A stretch of 39,885 bases of DNA from a virus (Duplodnaviria; Caudoviricetes): the IMG/VR virus record IMGVR_UViG_3300016471_000179, positions 1 to 39,885 of that record. One strand, given 5' to 3'. Positions within the stretch are counted from its first letter, which is position 1. Each line of letters opens with the position of its first letter. This document shows, piece after piece, positions 9,944 to 19,700 of the stretch. The notes beneath the pieces are model-generated. The model saw only the letters and a program-made list of their open reading frames with translations. It did no database searches and had not been told where the DNA came from. Position numbers and translations under genes: made by a program.

Positions 9944-10555
9944 ATGCCGACTGCAAATTTGGAATTAGCAAATACATTCAATGAATGGAGAACAATAATC
10001 AACGAAGTTATTCTCAAGGTGAATAATCTTGAAAATGGTAACGGAGACATTGTTGTTGATACCATTACATCAAATACAACAAATAATATCGTAACAATTG
10101 CTAATTCTGCATGGACAACCGCGAATGTCGCATATTCTACTGCAAATTCTGCTTGGACTACCGCAAACAATGTAACTGTATCAAATACAACATTTAAAAC
10201 TTCTTACGATGTAGTTACAAGAAATAGTACTCCTGCGAGTACAATTAATTATAATTTAACGGCAGGAAAGTTTTTTTATCAGACCAATTTGAGTGCAAAC
10301 ATTACTGCTAATTTTGTGGGAGTTTCGGCAAACAATAATGTTGCCACTGAAGTACGCCTTGCAATTCAACAGGGTGCCACTCCTTATGTAGCAAATACAA
10401 TTACTTGTGATGGAAGCACACCAACTACGTTTATGTGGGCAGGAAACACCGCACCAGGCGGCACGGCAAATGGTATTGATGTTTTAAAGTTTATCATTTT
10501 AAAAGACAATGCTGGCGGTGTTGTTGTGTTGGGTAAAAACGACAGTCACGGATAA
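9944..10555 (+). CDS. Putative virion fibre/appendage protein
   Basis: NTFNEWR N-terminus, ANSAWTT heptad repeats, Asn/Thr-rich beta C-terminal domain; CATAAATA late-like promoter at 9906-9913. Confidence 0.55.
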   Translation: MPTANLELANTFNEWRTIINEVILKVNNLENGNGDIVVDTITSNTTNNIVTIANSAWTTANVAYSTANSAWTTANNVTVSNTTFKTSYDVVTRNSTPASTINYNLTAGKFFYQTNLSANITANFVGVSANNNVATEVRLAIQQGATPYVANTITCDGSTPTTFMWAGNTAPGGTANGIDVLKFIILKDNAGGVVVLGKNDSHG

Positions 10556-10560
10556 AGCAT

Positions 10561-10589
10561 TTGACAATATTATGATAGTCTGTTATACT
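10561..10589 (+). promoter_or_regulatory. Sigma70-type early promoter
   Basis: TTGACA, 17 nt, TATACT with extended TG; intergenic. Confidence 0.8.
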
Positions 10590-10617
10590 GTAGTTTCACA
10601 CACTCAGTATAACTATC

Positions 10618-10959
10618 ATGATCATACACACCTATATTGGCAAATCTAAAGAAAAGAAAAAACCTGGCTGGCAAAAACAAAAGGCAGAATATGATGCGTG
10701 GCTAAAGTCTCATGGTGTTGATCCTAATAAAAAACAAACAAAAAAGACTTTTGTTGCATATCAACCCAAGCAAGAACCTTATCGTAGAGAAACGCCTCAA
10801 TATCCATCATTAAATTCTTTTGCTGGTAATACTACCAAGTCAGAAAAAAAAGTTTATACTGGTGACAAGTTATTAGGTATTGGTACTTTACACAAATCTA
10901 ACGCAGTACCTATCTTTTCGAAAGAAGAGGCACAAGACCAAGCATCGATGCGCCGTTAA
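10618..10959 (+). CDS. Conserved basic T4-like hypothetical protein
   Basis: C-terminal YTGDKLLGIGTLHKSNAVPIFS motif, which I recall from T4-like phages. Confidence 0.7.
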   Translation: MIIHTYIGKSKEKKKPGWQKQKAEYDAWLKSHGVDPNKKQTKKTFVAYQPKQEPYRRETPQYPSLNSFAGNTTKSEKKVYTGDKLLGIGTLHKSNAVPIFSKEEAQDQASMRR

Positions 10960-10975
10960 TATACTACTTAAAAAT

Positions 10976-11009
10976 TATAAATAGCCTATCACAACGATAG
11001 GCTTTTTTT
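10976..11009 (+). terminator. Late promoter overlapping an intrinsic terminator
   Basis: TATAAATA 10976-10983, then AGCCTATC-ACAAC-GATAGGCT-TTTTTT ending right at ATG 11010. Confidence 0.75.
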
Positions 11010-12239
11010 ATGCTCAAATTCAAAGAATTCCTTGCGGAACAAAAAAATACACACATGGAACATGCAGAAGATGATGTTCTCAATGGTGGCGTAAATGGTA
11101 CAAGAAAAAGTATCAATGCACTTAGAGCGGTGCGTGATATGCTTGCCGGTCACACAGAAAGTAAAGTATCCGTCACCGTCAAATGGGATGGCGCACCTGC
11201 AATTTTTGCAGGAGAAGATCCTACAGACAAAAAATTCTTTGTTGCAAAGAAAGGCGTCTTCAATAAAAATCCAAAAATTTATAAAACTAACGCAGAAATC
11301 GATGCGGACACTTCAGGTGACCTTGCAGAAAAACTCAAAGCATGTTTAAAGGAACTTCCAGCACTTGGAATTAAAGGTGTCATTCAGGGCGATCTACTTT
11401 TTACTCAGTCTGATTTAAAATCTGCAACAATTGATGGCGAAAAGTACATTACCTTTCATCCAAACACACTTGTTTATGCAATCCCAGAAGAAAGCGAACT
11501 TGCTAGAAGTATCAAATCCGCACAAATTGGCATCGCATGGCATACCTTTTATGAAGGCGATTCATTTGAAACAATGAAAGCGGTCTTTGGTAAGAATATT
11601 TTAGGTTCAATTAAAAAAACAAGCAGAGTTTGGTCTACAGATGTAGACTATAAAGATGTTTCAGGTAAAGCAACATTGACAAAAGAAGAAACAGATAGAG
11701 TTACATCCATACTTTCTGACGCAGGTAAGATATTTTACAAGACAGACGCTAAATTATTGAATCATATTAAAGATACAGACGAACTACGCGAAAAAATTAA
11801 AACCTTTAACAATACAAAAGTCAGAAATCAATTAAAAATCAAAAATGTAAAAAGTCATGTTGCTGAACTGATTGAATTCATTGAAGCACACTACGATAAA
11901 GAGATCGCTTCAAAGAAAACTGCAAAGTCAAAAACAGAATGGGAAGCAAAAAAGAAAGATGCATTGAAATTTTTCAATACAAGAAACAAAGCACAGTTAG
12001 AAAATATCTTTACCTTGATGAATTTACTTGCTGAAGCAAAGTTGATTCTGATAAGCAAATTAGATGAAGTAAAAACGCTTGATACATTCCTATTGACAAA
12101 GAATGGATACGAAGTAACTGGTGTTGAGGGGTATGTTGCAATTGATAAACTATCTGGAAATGCAGTCAAACTGGTTGACAGATTAAGATTCAGTTATGCT
12201 AACTTTTCGCCGGATGTTATAAAAGGTTGGCAAAGGTGA
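11010..12239 (+). CDS. Conserved T4-like protein with ligase-superfamily-like motifs (DUF6267-like, from memory); candidate internal virion protein
   Basis: N-terminus MLKFKEFLAE; NTHMEHAED; KWDG, IQGDLLF, EGYV and VKLV motifs. Confidence 0.7.
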   Translation: MLKFKEFLAEQKNTHMEHAEDDVLNGGVNGTRKSINALRAVRDMLAGHTESKVSVTVKWDGAPAIFAGEDPTDKKFFVAKKGVFNKNPKIYKTNAEIDADTSGDLAEKLKACLKELPALGIKGVIQGDLLFTQSDLKSATIDGEKYITFHPNTLVYAIPEESELARSIKSAQIGIAWHTFYEGDSFETMKAVFGKNILGSIKKTSRVWSTDVDYKDVSGKATLTKEETDRVTSILSDAGKIFYKTDAKLLNHIKDTDELREKIKTFNNTKVRNQLKIKNVKSHVAELIEFIEAHYDKEIASKKTAKSKTEWEAKKKDALKFFNTRNKAQLENIFTLMNLLAEAKLILISKLDEVKTLDTFLLTKNGYEVTGVEGYVAIDKLSGNAVKLVDRLRFSYANFSPDVIKGWQR

Positions 12240-12317
12240 TCATTGAAAGGCTACACCTTTATGTATAAGAAAAAAACAAAAAATTATGGTAATGATGCAC
12301 ATTTATAGGAGAAAATA

Positions 12318-13514
12318 ATGGCAGATAAAACCGCACTTGCAGAATCTTCACAGGCACTATTTTGTTCGATATCGGATAATTTAGGGGCAAGCAACAGTAA
12401 CAAAATTTTAGATTTAAAGGTATTTCCAACTTATGTTGATTTTAAATCTAAAAACGAAAGTCTAGTAGAAGATTCTTTTAAAAGAATTTTTACTCCAGGA
12501 GTTACATTAAAAGATATAGAAAATTTTTTAATTAGCAATGTAGATTGGTACAAATCTTCTGTTTTAATTGCCAAAAAACTCATTGAAGATATTACAAATA
12601 TAGATAAAAATTATAAAATTAAACTGAAAGGATATGAAAATATCTATTATTTTAGAGGCGATGATGAAATTATGGGAAACATTCAAAAATTATTCACAAT
12701 CGCAAACAAAGCACCAATTACTAAGAAGAAACAGGCTTCTTTTGGCAATATCAATAAATGGAATCCTGCTGACATTTATTTGGCAAGTAAAAGGGCTCAC
12801 GAGGTAATTGTAGAAGATTTAAGAACTGCAAATCCAGGTGCATATAATTTCACACATCTTAATACTTTAACTGCAAATTTAATTGACAGTGGAGATTTAT
12901 TACCATTGTCTCTCAAAAAAACTACCTCTTCGGTAGAATTAGTTAAAGTGAATTTCAATAGAGAAGATGAATTAAAATATCTTAGTCAAATTTCATTTAA
13001 GTCAGTTACAAACTGGAAGCCTTATAAACCAGTCGAATTTCCTAAAAAGGGTGAGACTAGAGATATTCGAATTATTCTAAACAATGATGGAGAAATAAAG
13101 TTAAGACATGATCCTTCAGCAAAAAGATTTGTTATAGAATTTATTGGCGGTGGCGCAGAGGCAAGAGGAGGATCAATTGGTTCAATGAAAATTTTCTGTG
13201 AGTTATTAGGATTTGTTGATAAACAAACTGCGATTAAACTTTTAAAAGAATATACCGATGGCGAAAAAGAATATTTGGAGCAAATGGCTCCGATTGAAAA
13301 ATTAAAGCAATCAATGGATTCAAAAAGGTTTGATCATAAGCGAGGCGAAATTAGTGCAATCTCTATCATTAATAGAGTTATGCCAATTATAAAAGACTGG
13401 TTTTCAAGAACAGATAAAAATTCAAAAGCAGAAATTGATGATTTCATTCGAATTATGTTTGAATATGTTACTTCAAGAACCGAAAATTCTGGAAGATTTG
13501 TAATTGCAAAATAA
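12318..13514 (+). CDS. Hypothetical protein, possible PD-(D/E)XK-type nuclease
   Basis: LAES N-terminal helix, NKWNPADIYL...LLPLSLKK; appears more AT-rich than its neighbours; AGGAG SD. Confidence 0.5.
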   Translation: MADKTALAESSQALFCSISDNLGASNSNKILDLKVFPTYVDFKSKNESLVEDSFKRIFTPGVTLKDIENFLISNVDWYKSSVLIAKKLIEDITNIDKNYKIKLKGYENIYYFRGDDEIMGNIQKLFTIANKAPITKKKQASFGNINKWNPADIYLASKRAHEVIVEDLRTANPGAYNFTHLNTLTANLIDSGDLLPLSLKKTTSSVELVKVNFNREDELKYLSQISFKSVTNWKPYKPVEFPKKGETRDIRIILNNDGEIKLRHDPSAKRFVIEFIGGGAEARGGSIGSMKIFCELLGFVDKQTAIKLLKEYTDGEKEYLEQMAPIEKLKQSMDSKRFDHKRGEISAISIINRVMPIIKDWFSRTDKNSKAEIDDFIRIMFEYVTSRTENSGRFVIAK

Positions 13515-13519
13515 AATTT

Positions 13520-13527
13520 TATAAATA
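13520..13527 (+). promoter_or_regulatory. T4-type late promoter
   Basis: Intergenic TATAAATA about 60 nt before ATG 13589. Confidence 0.75.
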
Positions 13528-13588
13528 ATGAGTATGTGCAGTTAGGCTACGGCAAACCTGTAAAGGATAAGTCTAAGGAAAACTCCGA

Positions 13589-16513
13589 ATGAAAAAAGTT
13601 ATAGTTGTTTATGGCGGCGGATTTCAGCCGTTTCATCAAGGTCATATGAGCAGTTATGAGGAAGCCAAACGCGCTTTTCCATCTGCCGACTTTTATGTTG
13701 CATCAAGCAACGATACAAAAGTAAGACCAATTCCTTTTTCAGACAAAAAATTCCTAGCACAACAAGCAGGCGTTAGGGACGATTTCGTTCAGGTAAGACA
13801 ACCTGTAAATCCAGATGAGATTCTACGAAAGTATGATCCCGAAAAAGACATTTTGATTCTTGTGCGAAGTGAACGCGATCCAGTCAAGTACACTAAGAAA
13901 GACGGTTCGCCAGCATATTATCAACCGTTCAAGAATCTAAAGGACTGTAAGCCATTTGATCCTAAGACAGGACATGGTTACATTTTTGTTACAAAGAAGA
14001 AAGATTTTTCTGTTGCTGGACAAGAAGTATTCTCTGGTAGTCAGGTTCGTAAGATGTATTCTGATGCAGATGATGCTAAGAGAGAAGAGATTGTAGATGA
14101 TTTGTATCCAAAAGCAAGTAATCCAGCAAAGGTTAAAAAGTTATTAGATAAGTATATCGGTGGATTAAAAGAGGAGTTAGAAATGGATGAAGCACTCTCA
14201 TTGCAAGGGCGCCGCAAACGCGCAATGCAGGTAAGACGCCTAAGAGCGAAAATGCTGAGAGCAAGAGAACGCGCCATGAAGCGTTTCGCTAGCCAACCTA
14301 CTCTCACCAAGAGAGCAAGAAGACAAGCAGTTACATTTTTAAAACGTAGAATTGGTGGAGGCAAAGCATATCAAACATTGTCACCATCACAGAAAATTTC
14401 AATCGATAAAAAGATTGAAGCAATGAAAGGTGTAATTGGTAAAATTGGTTCTCGTTTATTACCTCAAGTGAAACGTAGAGAGGTACAACGTAGACAAAAT
14501 ATGGCACAAACAGAATCATTGAATTTTAAGTTTACAAATCTTTTTGAAAAACCACAACTTCCGCAAGATACGCATGTTGGAGGTAAAGAAGGAACTCAGC
14601 CATCCAAATATTATAAAGGTCTAGACAAAGAAACAAAAGAAAGACGCGATGCACATTTCAAACGTATGGGTCCAAAGTCAGACTCCGATAAGTCTGCATA
14701 CGCAGATGCGCCAGGCGACAAAGAGGCAAGAGAAAAAGGTATGCCTCAGTCTAAGCACACTCTAAAATTCAAGCAAATGTTTGGAGAAGAAATTGGTAAG
14801 AAAGAATTTTCTCGCTTGGATCAATTGGTTCGCCTTGGTCTTGCCGACAAGACATTGCTATCTACAATTAAGAAAGCAATGCAGAAAATTGAATCGGGTG
14901 ATGCTCTATCAAACAATGAGAGACAGGCAACGCAAAATCTCTTGTCTACCTTGCTTGACATGGTAACAAGCCAAGATCAATTATTCAATCTTGCAAAATC
15001 ATCATTGAGAAAAGAACAATACGAAGAACTTCGCGAAGCAACGTATGTTGGTAATATAGGTATTATAGAACTTGCTAAATTTTATAAAGTAGCAAGTAAA
15101 GAACATATTGAAATGTTTCAAAAACTTCTTGTGACGAAAGATTACAAAAGAGCATGGGCACTTGTTCAAGGTGCAACTGGAATGAAATTACTCGGCAAAG
15201 AATTCAATGAATCTGCGGTTCAGATTTTAGAAAAGGGTGAGTATGATGATTATGAAGAATTCGACGGTCTTGAAATGGCTCAAATTGAAGTTGCAAATCT
15301 AATACAAGATGCAGAATATTTACTTGATATTCTTTCAGAAATGGATGAAGAACCAGAAGCATGGGTTCTTTCTAAGATTACAAAAGCAGTTGACTATATC
15401 GAATCTGTAACAGACTATCTTGAATTTGAAGATGATTATGATTACAATGATGACGAAGAAGATTTTGATTCAGACTATGAAAATGAATCAGAATTTGAAT
15501 TTAGTGATACAGATGTTTATGAAGCATTATCCGATATGTCTAAAGAAGAAATGGGCGAAGAACTTCATGAAATCTATCACGTTCTACATGAAGAAATCGA
15601 AGGTCTGAAAAAGAAAGCAGAGAAGTCTGGCATTGCGTATAGCATTCTAAAGAAAGTTTATGACAGAGGTATGGCCGCATGGCAAGGTGGGCATCGTCCA
15701 GGCACAACACCACAGCAATGGGCATTTGCGCGAGTGAACTCATTCATTACGAAAGGTAAAGGAACTTGGGGCGGTGCAGATAGTGATCTAGCCGCAAAAG
15801 CAAAAGGAAGTAGCAAAAACGAAGCATTTGCACAGTTTGCCGAAACACTAGAATGGGGTACCGATGAGTTGCGTAAGAAATATGCAAGCGATACACCAGG
15901 ACAAACACCTGAAATTCAAGTTGCCAGCCATAGCACTTTAAACAATTTGTTTAAGCAAAACGTAGAAAAAATTAAGAGAGCGCATGATGTGCATGAAGCC
16001 ATTGATTGGCACCTTGACAACAAAGTACCTCTCACAGAAAATGTATATCGCGTTGGTTCTGAAATGTATTTCAAACTGTATCGCGAAGCAAGAAAACTCT
16101 ATAACGAAGGCAAGTTGGAACTTGAAGGTTTAGACAGGTCTTTAATTGAAGAAACCGAAATAGGTAAGTTTGCATTCACTGAAGAAGGGCAGCCTGTACC
16201 ACTTGATTGCCCAATGATTATGGAAGAAGAGGATGAAGATAAAGATCCGCCATTGAACAAACCAAAGCGTGGTGGATCTAAAAAGTTTTATGTATATGTA
16301 AGAAAACCTGATGGTGGTATCAAGAAAGTCACATGGGGCGACACAACAGGTCTATCAGTTAAGTTAGACGATCCAGAAGCAAGAAAATCTTTTGCAGCCC
16401 GTCATCAATGCGATATGCAAAAAGACAAAACAACTGCGGCATATTGGGCGTGCAATACACCAAGATATGCAAAACAATTGGGACTTTCCGGTGGCGGAAA
16501 CTTTTTTTGGTAG
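13589..16513 (+). CDS. 974-aa mosaic protein: N-terminal HxGH (cytidylyltransferase-like) nucleotidyltransferase domain plus multiple small modules
   Basis: VVYGGGFQPFHQGH and SGSQVRK; later modules include an Arg-rich helix, RGMAAWQGGHRPGTTPQQWAFARVNSF and KKFYVYV...ARKSFAARHQC...YWAC. Confidence 0.75.
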   Translation: MKKVIVVYGGGFQPFHQGHMSSYEEAKRAFPSADFYVASSNDTKVRPIPFSDKKFLAQQAGVRDDFVQVRQPVNPDEILRKYDPEKDILILVRSERDPVKYTKKDGSPAYYQPFKNLKDCKPFDPKTGHGYIFVTKKKDFSVAGQEVFSGSQVRKMYSDADDAKREEIVDDLYPKASNPAKVKKLLDKYIGGLKEELEMDEALSLQGRRKRAMQVRRLRAKMLRARERAMKRFASQPTLTKRARRQAVTFLKRRIGGGKAYQTLSPSQKISIDKKIEAMKGVIGKIGSRLLPQVKRREVQRRQNMAQTESLNFKFTNLFEKPQLPQDTHVGGKEGTQPSKYYKGLDKETKERRDAHFKRMGPKSDSDKSAYADAPGDKEAREKGMPQSKHTLKFKQMFGEEIGKKEFSRLDQLVRLGLADKTLLSTIKKAMQKIESGDALSNNERQATQNLLSTLLDMVTSQDQLFNLAKSSLRKEQYEELREATYVGNIGIIELAKFYKVASKEHIEMFQKLLVTKDYKRAWALVQGATGMKLLGKEFNESAVQILEKGEYDDYEEFDGLEMAQIEVANLIQDAEYLLDILSEMDEEPEAWVLSKITKAVDYIESVTDYLEFEDDYDYNDDEEDFDSDYENESEFEFSDTDVYEALSDMSKEEMGEELHEIYHVLHEEIEGLKKKAEKSGIAYSILKKVYDRGMAAWQGGHRPGTTPQQWAFARVNSFITKGKGTWGGADSDLAAKAKGSSKNEAFAQFAETLEWGTDELRKKYASDTPGQTPEIQVASHSTLNNLFKQNVEKIKRAHDVHEAIDWHLDNKVPLTENVYRVGSEMYFKLYREARKLYNEGKLELEGLDRSLIEETEIGKFAFTEEGQPVPLDCPMIMEEEDEDKDPPLNKPKRGGSKKFYVYVRKPDGGIKKVTWGDTTGLSVKLDDPEARKSFAARHQCDMQKDKTTAAYWACNTPRYAKQLGLSGGGNFFW

Positions 16514-16519
16514 AGAAAT

Positions 16520-16786
16520 ATGAATCCATATAATGAAATTTGGTTTGACGGAGTAAAAAAGAGAACATTTTTTGAATCGGTTGACGATAACGAACTTGTT
16601 TGGCATCGTGATCGTAGAGATCGCTATGTTAAAGTTGTAGAATCTAAAGATTGGAAGTTACAGATGGACAATGAACTTCCGATAGATTTAGAAGAAGGTA
16701 AGATGTACACAATCAAGGCTATGCAGTATCACAGAATTTTAAAAGGTAACGGAAACTTAGTTTTAGAAATTAGAGAGGAACTATAA
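16520..16786 (+). CDS. Small cupin-like protein
   Basis: WHRD..DR...W.LQMDNELP...YHRILKG. Confidence 0.6.
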   Translation: MNPYNEIWFDGVKKRTFFESVDDNELVWHRDRRDRYVKVVESKDWKLQMDNELPIDLEEGKMYTIKAMQYHRILKGNGNLVLEIREEL

Positions 16787-19700
16787 TGGATAAAATGTCA
16801 AGCAAATTTGGTTTGCCAGAATCATTACTTGATGCGGTCAAGAAGATTCAAACTGAAGAAACTGAATATCAGATGAAAGTAAAAGCCTTGATGAAAAAGA
16901 AAGGCATTACTTCATTAGGTCAGTTATCGCCTGATGAAAAGAAAGCATTCTTCAGTCAATTAGATTCTATGCATCAAGCAAAAAATGAAGAATTCGGTTT
17001 GTCTGAAGGTATGCTTTCTAAGTTTAAAAAGGCAGACGCCCAAACAAAAACTGATTTCAATAAGTATAATATGAAACCTTATGATGCAGTTTATACTGTG
17101 ACAATGGGCGATAAGGGCGAACCAAAATATGATTTGACAATTCTCAAACATGAGAATGGTAAGTTTTTAGCGGCACACGGATCAGTTGTTGTGAAACAAG
17201 AATTCTCTAAAGCAGAAGATGCGGCTAAATGGTTGATGAATTGGTACGAAGAAAATAAACGACCAGCAGCAAAGAATGAAAGCGTAGAGGAGTCCACTGG
17301 GGTAACAGATTACAATCCAAAAAGTCAGGGCGGCACACGAAAAGAATTAATTGCAAAGTATCACAAGACTAAGAATCCTAAAGATGCTGAGGCTGCTAGA
17401 AAGGCTGGTGCGACACAAAAAGAACTTCAGAGTGAAGAAGTTGAAATTGATGAAATGGATAAATCTCAACCTTCATCTAGTCGTGGCGCTGAAGGACTTC
17501 CAACTGGAAAGAAGGCAACTCCAATTACAGTCGATAAAGTTAAAAATGATGCATTAAAGGCGTTGCAACGAAAATACAAAACTGAAGATATGAAATCTGT
17601 TGCAAGTGAGATTGAAACTTACGCAATGAAACATGGCGGTATTGACAAAGCAGATATGATGAAAGTTGCAAATCTCTTGAAAATGGGTAAAATGAGTGAC
17701 GCAAAGAAAAAAGTTATGTCAATGGATACTGATCCTAGAGATTTTTTACTTGATAAAATGAAAAAACTTAAGATTGATGAAGCATCAAGTCAATATAAAA
17801 TTAAAAGTGTAGGAAAAGATGCAAAAGGTGACTATCACATTGATCCAAAAACTGGTGACAAAGTTTATGGCAAGGCATCTGTAGGCGACCATAAAAATCC
17901 TAATACAGGAAAAATTACATCTAGCAAACCTAAACCAAGTTTTATGGAAGAAAATGAACTTGAGGAGTCTGGTGATATGGGACCTGTAAACAGAGGTAAA
18001 GAAAAAACTGTAATGATGCGTCATAAGACTTCAGGTAAAGAAATTGTTGTTGTTCCATCTGGAGTTAAAGAAAAAGAAAAACTTGGTTTTGTCGTAGTCA
18101 AAGAAGAAAAACATCCAGAAGATGTAAAAACTTCTGCAAATAAAATGGAGCCTGAAGGCACAAAAAAGTGGTTGGCCACTCACGCAACGCATCTTAAATA
18201 TTTGAAACAAGTCAAGAAAGACAAACTTCAAGAGGCGGAGGGTGGCGGCACTTCAATTTCAAACATTAAATCGGACGCACAAGGTGCGCTTAAAAGGGCA
18301 GAACTTTTAAAGAAATCGGCAGAACTGCGTCTGCAACATGCACAAGAACGTCAATCACTTTCAAAACAAAAAAAATCATTAAGCAAGGAGCAGGTTGAAT
18401 TTATTGATGAAGAATTTTCTGATGCTCAATTAGCAAAGTTACGCGCAGAATATGGTAAACTTAACACCATTGATCCATCCAGCGATAATTATAAAAAATT
18501 GACTGCTATGCTTGATAAAATGGATAAGCAAGCACTTACAAAGATTGCCGGCGCAAATATCAAATTCATGTCTGGACTTGCAAGAAATCGCGTCAATCGC
18601 ATGAAGAACGAAGAAGTGGAAGAACTAGATGAAACTCCAAAGGTTGATCAAGGACTTTCTGGTAAACAAAAAGTTATGGCAAGAGCCTTAAGAAGAGATG
18701 ATTCTCCCATTATAAATGTAGGAAATACTACAGGTGGACAATGGAGAGGTAAAACTTCTCCTTCACCATATAAAGATAGTAATGTTGCTAAATCTGGCGA
18801 ACGCAAAGGTATGATTACTAAGTCAGCGATCCAAAGAACTAAAGATGCAATTAAATCCAGATTAAATAAGTTGAAGAAAGAAGAAGTTGAAATTGAAGAG
18901 GGTAAGTCTAGCACAGGCTATGAACTCTATCACAAAGATTTTTCTTCGGCAATGGCACATGCATATGACTTTGCAAAGAAAAAATATAACATTGAAATTG
19001 ATCCATTTGAGATTGATCGCAAAGTTGCAATGGGTCCTAAGAAGCCATCTTCAGGCAAATCAAATGCATATCGCTTGTTAGATAAGACTGGTAAAAAGGG
19101 TGTGCAGATTCAAGTCGCAAATCTTGATGATAAGAGATATGAACTCAACATGTATAAAGAAGAGATTGAAATGAATGAGGTCAAAGTTGGCGATAAAGTC
19201 ACTTTTGATCATGAAATGACCGCGGCTCCAGGCAGAACAACAAAGAAATCTGGAATCATTCACAAGATTGAAGGTGATGTTGCACATGTAAAAGTAAAAG
19301 ATAAGTATGGCGTAATTGTGCATAAGAAAAAAATGAGCGAACTTCAAAATGAAGAGATTGACCTTGAAGAAAAAGTTGTCAAAGGCAAAGGCTACGACAA
19401 TCCAGAGAATGAGCGTAAAGGTCCGGAAGGAAAAATACCGATGACAAGTCTCATGCCTGGTCATAGTGATAAGGCAGCACGATTCGCCGCAGTGCAAGCA
19501 AAAGGTACATTAGTCAAAGGTAAAGCACAAAGCGCACCACAAAAGGCGCCTCAAAAAGAGGCGGCCGATGCACCTGAATTTAAACAAGGTGGCGACAAAT
19601 TAGCAAAGAAGTTTGAAAAGGCTTTCGCTAAGATGGGGTTAAAAACTAATATCAAAATGAAAACAGTTGACAATGTTTCTATTAACGAAAAAGAAGAAGG

